From: Schmidtea nova
Lineage: Eukaryota
Length of the DNA stretch: 63,824 bases
Direction: 5' to 3'
Assembly: GCA_044892505.1 (NCBI GenBank)
Contig: CM097883.1
Coordinates: forward strand, 105,276,177-105,340,000
Part shown: piece after piece, positions 58,900 to 63,824 of the stretch
Position numbering within the stretch: the stretch's first letter is position 1
How the letters are laid out: every line of letters starts with the position of its first letter
The notes under the pieces: model-generated
The model's input: the letters and a program-made list of their open reading frames with translations, nothing else
Database searches by the model: none
What the model was told of the DNA's origin: nothing
Made by a program: the position numbers and the translations under genes

Positions 58900-60790
58900 T
58901 GGTATTGTCATCTATTAGTCTTTCTTCTGTTGTCTTTCTTATTATTCTTTTGATATATTTATCATGTTTTGCAGTTATTAAATATTTTGCAATAAATGGA
59001 CATAAACAAGCTAACATCTTGTATGAATTACCAAATACTTGTCTCAACTGTCTTAATGATACTAATGATGAACATATCATTTTTAGTAGTGCAATAGAAT
59101 AATAGATGCCGACTATGGTTGAGAAGGTATTTCCTAGAATTGCAAAGTATCCCCGTATACTATATAGAACTCGATAAACTACCTTTTTTGAAGTGTTCTT
59201 TCGATAACAAGATGTCGAAATTGTATTGGCCATCGTGACTATTCTCGATAACTTTGCTTGCTTTTATTGTTAGTACTTTCTCCTTTTCGTTCGGAAATAA
59301 TAAATGTTTTCTTGCGCTTTCTATGTTTTCCTTTGTATAAAGTCCATTGTTATCAACTTCATTTACTTCCATGAATTCTAGTTTCTTGTCTAGTTCTGTC
59401 ATTTCCAGAGTTAGTGGCCTTATTGCTACCTTCTTGTCTGACATCGTTATCCATGTTTCCTCATCTAATTTATATAGAGGGTCTAATAAGTTTGTACATT
59501 TATCTATCCTCTTAGGTATGTAGTTTTTATCTGTTAGTATCCTTTTTATGGGTTGTAAGTAGACTTTCTCTCCCTTATAGATAACTGGTAATTCGTTTGT
59601 ACATTGTTTGTTCGTAGCTAATGATACACTGACTGGTTTACATTGAAATGTTTGAATTACTTCGCCAACAACTCTAGCAAATGCGCTTCTTTCTGAAAAG
59701 AGCACTGGAGCCATTAGATCCGGATTTGTAATTGCTAATACCATTTTTGTCCTTAAAATTTCTCGGTTAAGCTTACAATCATTGTTTCTTGATATACTCT
59801 ATCTAATTGCATTAATTGATGGTGATAAAAATAGTCGATCTTAATATTGAAATATGATGAAAGTTTAATATCGTATTTGTTTACTTTTATTTTCGCATCT
59901 TTTATTTCATCTTTACTCAAGTATAGACCTTTATAATTGGTTTGTATTAATGATTTTCCACATTTTATAATTTCTCCTTTACTGAGAAATTTCAATGCTT
60001 CCCCTGCAGATTCTGTCATATATATTGTGGGTGTATCTTTTTCTTGGATTACAATTGTTTTTCGTTTTCTATCTCTTACTTTAGTTGATTCTGTATTTGT
60101 AAACTGTTTGCCTTTAATTGCTGAATTTTAGCGATTTCAATATTGTTAGAGGACAATCATATGGATCAACTTTATATATTACTATTGATTCACCAGTGTC
60201 ATAGCTTACTTCTTTTGATGTACAGAAAGATTGTGTCATCAGTTTTTGTATTATGCAATCAAATGATGCTTTAAACTGTCTAAGTTCGACAATGTATTCT
60301 CGTCTTACAACGGCGTTTTTTATAATGTGCCCCCATATTCTATATTCCCCACCTTGACAATATCCACCTTGTGAAGACCATCCAATTACATCTACTCGTT
60401 GTTTCACTCGTGCATCTACCTGTGCCTTCAATTCAATTTCATGTATTTTTATCTTCTTTGATTGAAATGCATTTTCACACTCTTGTGGTGTTATTAAAAC
60501 TGTGTCTGGTGTAAATGACGGTCGGAGTATCGTCTTTGCTATATTATTACATACAAATACTTCTTCAGAATATTTTATTACACATTCTTTTGCTTCTGTA
60601 TGTATAAAATCAGATTCATGATAGACATGGAATATTTTAGGTTCTGTGGTAATTAAAGTGGTTGGATTAGCTTCTGGACAATTTTCTACATCTAATAGTG
60701 AATATTTTTGTCCCCATTTTGGATTCTGAAAATTATAAGCAATCATACCTGTACTACCCTTTATTAAGTTAAGCAATATTGTTATCATCA
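58900..60790 (-). pseudogene. env: Fusion glycoprotein of second element, frameshifted
   Basis: KWGQKYSLLDVENCPEANP, GGYCQGGEY, LAITNPD...FARVVGE, NNGLYTKENIESARKHLLFP match element 1 KLGEKYSLRGTEQCKDATP, EGYCQGETY, VAITNPD...FGRVVGE, NNGIYSPKDLEAARQNILFP. Confidence 0.88.
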
Positions 60791-60897
60791 TTATTATAAT
60801 AGGTATTGATAATCCATGATTACTTTTTCCTGATTTCATTATTGTTTTATCTATTATTTTCTTTAGTCGTCTTTCAACTTCTTTTTCTTGATTATCT

Positions 60898-61402
60898 AAG
60901 TATTTGGGTTGATGCATGAAATCTAGTTGCAACGATAAACACATTGAAAACAATCTTGATCTTGCAATCCATTGTTTTCGAAAGTCTTTAGTTCCATAAC
61001 CCATTGCTGCAAGCGAAACACTCTTTTTATCTCCATTATAGTTTAAAATAGTTTCAATCAAAGCTTTCTGTGCATATGTATTGTTTTCTCCTTCAATCTT
61101 GATGTTATTAAATCCAAGTATGACATCTTTAAATAGTATATGAAACATAAAGTTACTCGGTACCACATCAACACCAGAAGCCAAATCCTCCTTGTCTTTA
61201 TCCACAACTTTCAATTGAATGGATAAAAGAGTGTCGTTCAAATCCAAATACTCTGTTTGTGATCCATTAATATAGAATTCTACATCATTTCGTGAATAAG
61301 TAATCGAGTTCATAGGAAATACATCTTCAAATGTACCATGTTCAATTACTACTTGAAGAGATGGACGATCAAAAGTGACAATTCAGTTTTGCCGCAAATC
61401 AT
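60898..61402 (-). pseudogene. Polinton major capsid (hexon-like) N-terminal part, truncated
   Basis: VEFYINGSQTEYLDLNDTLLSIQLKV...PSNFMFHILF...YAQKALIETILNY...DFMHQPKYL; frameshift near 61380. Confidence 0.8.
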
Positions 61403-61765
61403 TTTCAAATATTGTTCCACGACCTTTCCATCTTTTGTTTATAAGAAACTTTTTTCGTTTACTACGAGGAGCAACTGGTTTTGGTATAAGTTTTTCTGGT
61501 TCACTTGGTTTCAAAATCTTTTTTTGCACTAGTCATTATTTTTCCAATTTCGTCCATTGCATGTCTTAATAAAGTTGGTAAAATCTTCTGATTTTTGACT
61601 AACACATCCTTTGCTGTTTTCATTCCAAAAGAACCAATCTTTTTAAGAATTGGAAGTGCATATCTACCTATTGTGCGCAACCAACCAGAACCATATTGTT
61701 TACCAACAAAATATGGTAATTCACCACCTGATTGACTACCATTATAAAGCGAAACAATATCAGGA
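61391..61765 (-). pseudogene. Small basic core-like (pVII/pX-type) Polinton protein
   Basis: SQSGGELPYFVGKQYGSGWLRTIGRYALPILKKIG; basic C-terminus KRKK...KGRG; internal stops. Confidence 0.55.
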
Positions 61766-62764
61766 TTAGAAATCTACCTTTTTGAAATGCAAAGTCAAAT
61801 GAGTTTTTGAATATTTTGAAAAATTTATTGATTTTCCAGAATCATCACGTATATTAATTTCTATTTGTTTATACATGATGTTGACACAGATAGATACATT
61901 GGATTTTCTAATACAATTTGCACTACTTCATCTTGTTCGTATTTTTCAATCCACACCGTCTTTAACAGAAGAACAAGAGAATCACCAACAATAATCGGTT
62001 CAACAATGTTGCTATAAATGAACATTTATTAATGAAGTTTAATTATTTTTGGATTTGTTGTTCCCTCATTAACTTGGCCATTTTGTAACCATGTTTGTTT
62101 TGATAATCCTAATGATTTTACCAAATTTGAGTCAAATTTAACTTGACTAATCTTTGAATTAATTTGGAATTTAAAAAACTTGTCTTTTACTAATTCAACT
62201 ATAGTGAAAATATTTGCACAATTTTGTGTTAAATAAACTTGTAGTCGATTAAGGTCCGTAATATATAATTCATTTTTAAAGGTAAACACATGTTCAGATA
62301 TCTCATTGTACAGTAATTGAAATTTAAATTCAACCAAGGTTTTAGTTTGCAGCGGAAGAGTATCAAGTTATATTTTCAGTTTCATCAAAAAGGTTACGTA
62401 ACAGTGTGAATACAAGATATTTTGCATCTGTTAACGTTTCAAATAAAATTTGAAATGGCTTCTTCAAACATTTTATGTGTAAATATTTACCTTTTATATA
62501 TATTATTGCATTTGTATGTTCATGATTTGTCATTTCAATTTGATCTTTAATAAGTTTTACTTTAATTTCTTCTGATATCATCTGTTTTTGAATATATTCT
62601 ATCTTACATTTGCTGTAAAACGGAAAGAGATTATATACAAATGTAAAGTCCAACAACGCTACCTTCCAATTAAATTCAACAATAAAATTACTGGCTTCAT
62701 TATTTGGATGAATTATTGGGCAACGATTACTCGGTAAAATCATATAGAAATTACTTTTATTCAT
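61766..62764 (-). pseudogene. Polinton minor capsid (penton-like), disrupted
   Basis: MNKSNFYMILPSN...NWKVAL; C-terminal NIVEPIIVGDSLVLLL...IEINIRDDSG. Confidence 0.7.
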
Positions 62765-63791
62765 TGTAACTGAGATTCTGATATCCAAGTAGGGTTTTGA
62801 TAACCATGTCATTTGGCGTGATATTGTTTATTTTTCCCTTTTCCTTTAGTCTTTAGAATCTTTTCTATTCTAAATACTGTAGGTGGTGGAATAACCTGTA
62901 ATTCTTGTTCATAGAATTTCCCTTCAATTTCAATGTTGTCATAATGTTTAATGATATACATGACAGGACTCTGTTTTGTATTAATTTTTGAAATTTGAAA
63001 GACTTCATCACTCCAATTCGAGTCAAAGTTTTTAATGAATGGTGAAGCACAAACTTTTGATATTCGCACATATTCTCCGATTTTATACTTTGGTTTCTTT
63101 ACTTTGGGGTTTTTACGAGACAACCACAACTCTACTTGATTATCTGATGAAACATCAATTGGTCTCAATCTATTCAATCCACGGTGTGGTGAATGATTAT
63201 ATGAATGTACAAGTTTTTGTAAAACATATATCCATGTTTTATTACCTTGATGTACAAAATACTTTTTCAATTTATCACGTAATGTACAATTAAAACGTTC
63301 AACATGTGCTGCCTTGTACTGTGAATGAACAGTATAATGATTTACACGATTTTCCTTTAGAATTTGTTTCACTTTATTGTTATAGAACTCTTTACCCAAA
63401 TCTGTTTGTATATTATCAGGGTGACCATCAACAAATAACTTGCTGATTGCTAATGACATTTCATTTGCAGATTTTGATTTTACTGGAATGGCTCTTGCAA
63501 ACTGACTAAAAACATCAATGCATGTTAGAATATACTTGAAACCTTTGTTCATTTTTGAGTATGGAATCATTTCCATCAAATCTAATTGCCACAAATCATC
63601 AATTCCGAATGTTTTATAGGCTCTTGTAGGAAATCTTTTCAACATTGGTTTTTTAGACTGTATGCCAATTGGTTTGACAACCATGTTTGAGTCTCTTTCT
63701 TTGAGTTCAGAACTGCCTTCTTTAACTTTTTTACTCCGCCGAAAGAGGCTGGATCTTTCTGATTTGCCCAAATTTTCTCCACTGCAACCAT
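62761..63791 (-). pseudogene. Polinton retroviral-type integrase with chromodomain; one frameshift, one nonsense codon
   Basis: DPASFGGV; LWQLDL...KYILTCIDVFS, IQTDLGKEFYN, HVERFN; YHAK*HGYQNPTWI. Confidence 0.9.
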
Positions 63792-63824
63792 TTTATTTAA
63801 AATCAACCTTGAAATTAGTTAATG

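Larger units (their letters stand above)
53217..60897 (-). mobile_element. Second, degenerate env-bearing Gypsy element (env-PR-RT-RH-IN-FN3); gag and LTRs not seen
   Basis: Glycoprotein fragments homologous to 23443-25400; ALVDTGAAAS; CIDYRKLN, YMDD, TDASG, HDGALGGH, TDKGRNF, DGLVERFN; stops and frameshifts; low-coordinate boundary inferred from strand bias. Confidence 0.88.
60898..63824 (-). mobile_element. Polinton/Maverick (adintovirus-like) remnant
   Basis: Integrase, minor capsid, core-like and major capsid genes in one orientation with abutting stops/starts; continues past the window end. Confidence 0.88.

Overview
AT-rich eukaryotic (animal) genomic DNA with N-masked gaps. Two host genes are visible, both on the minus strand with 40-58 nt introns: an SH3+kinase MLK-type MAP3K and ARPC3. 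The centrepiece is a very young, essentially intact 29.4-kb Ty3/Gypsy-type LTR element (11295-40674). It has 3273-bp near-identical LTRs, a tRNA-Pro-like PBS and (TA)n on both flanks. Its single 4960-aa ORF reads Gag (3 CCHC) - three ubiquitin-like domains - AT-hook - Bcl-2-like domain - signal peptide + viral-type fusion glycoprotein + TM - protease - RT - RNase H - integrase - ankyrin repeats - four FN3-like domains + TM. It also carries separate accessory genes: an IAP-type RING protein upstream of gag, a full TRAF gene with one in-frame TAG, two coiled-coil ORFs, a small type-I membrane protein and two ORFs inside each LTR. It therefore looks like a giant 'complex' enveloped retroelement with an apoptosis/TNF-signalling toolkit, and env lies between gag and pol. 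A second, decayed family with the same env-PR-RT-RH-IN-FN3 order lies on the minus strand (~53.2-60.9 kb) and is joined in frame to the capsid gene of a Polinton/adintovirus remnant. Also present: an intact MULE transposon, Penelope-like fragments, hAT/Merlin/Tc1 relics and a dispersed repeat family. Giant Gypsy 'Burro' elements are known from the planarian Schmidtea mediterranea; a planarian-like host is my inference, not something the sequence proves. All domain calls are by eye from motifs; no searches were run.
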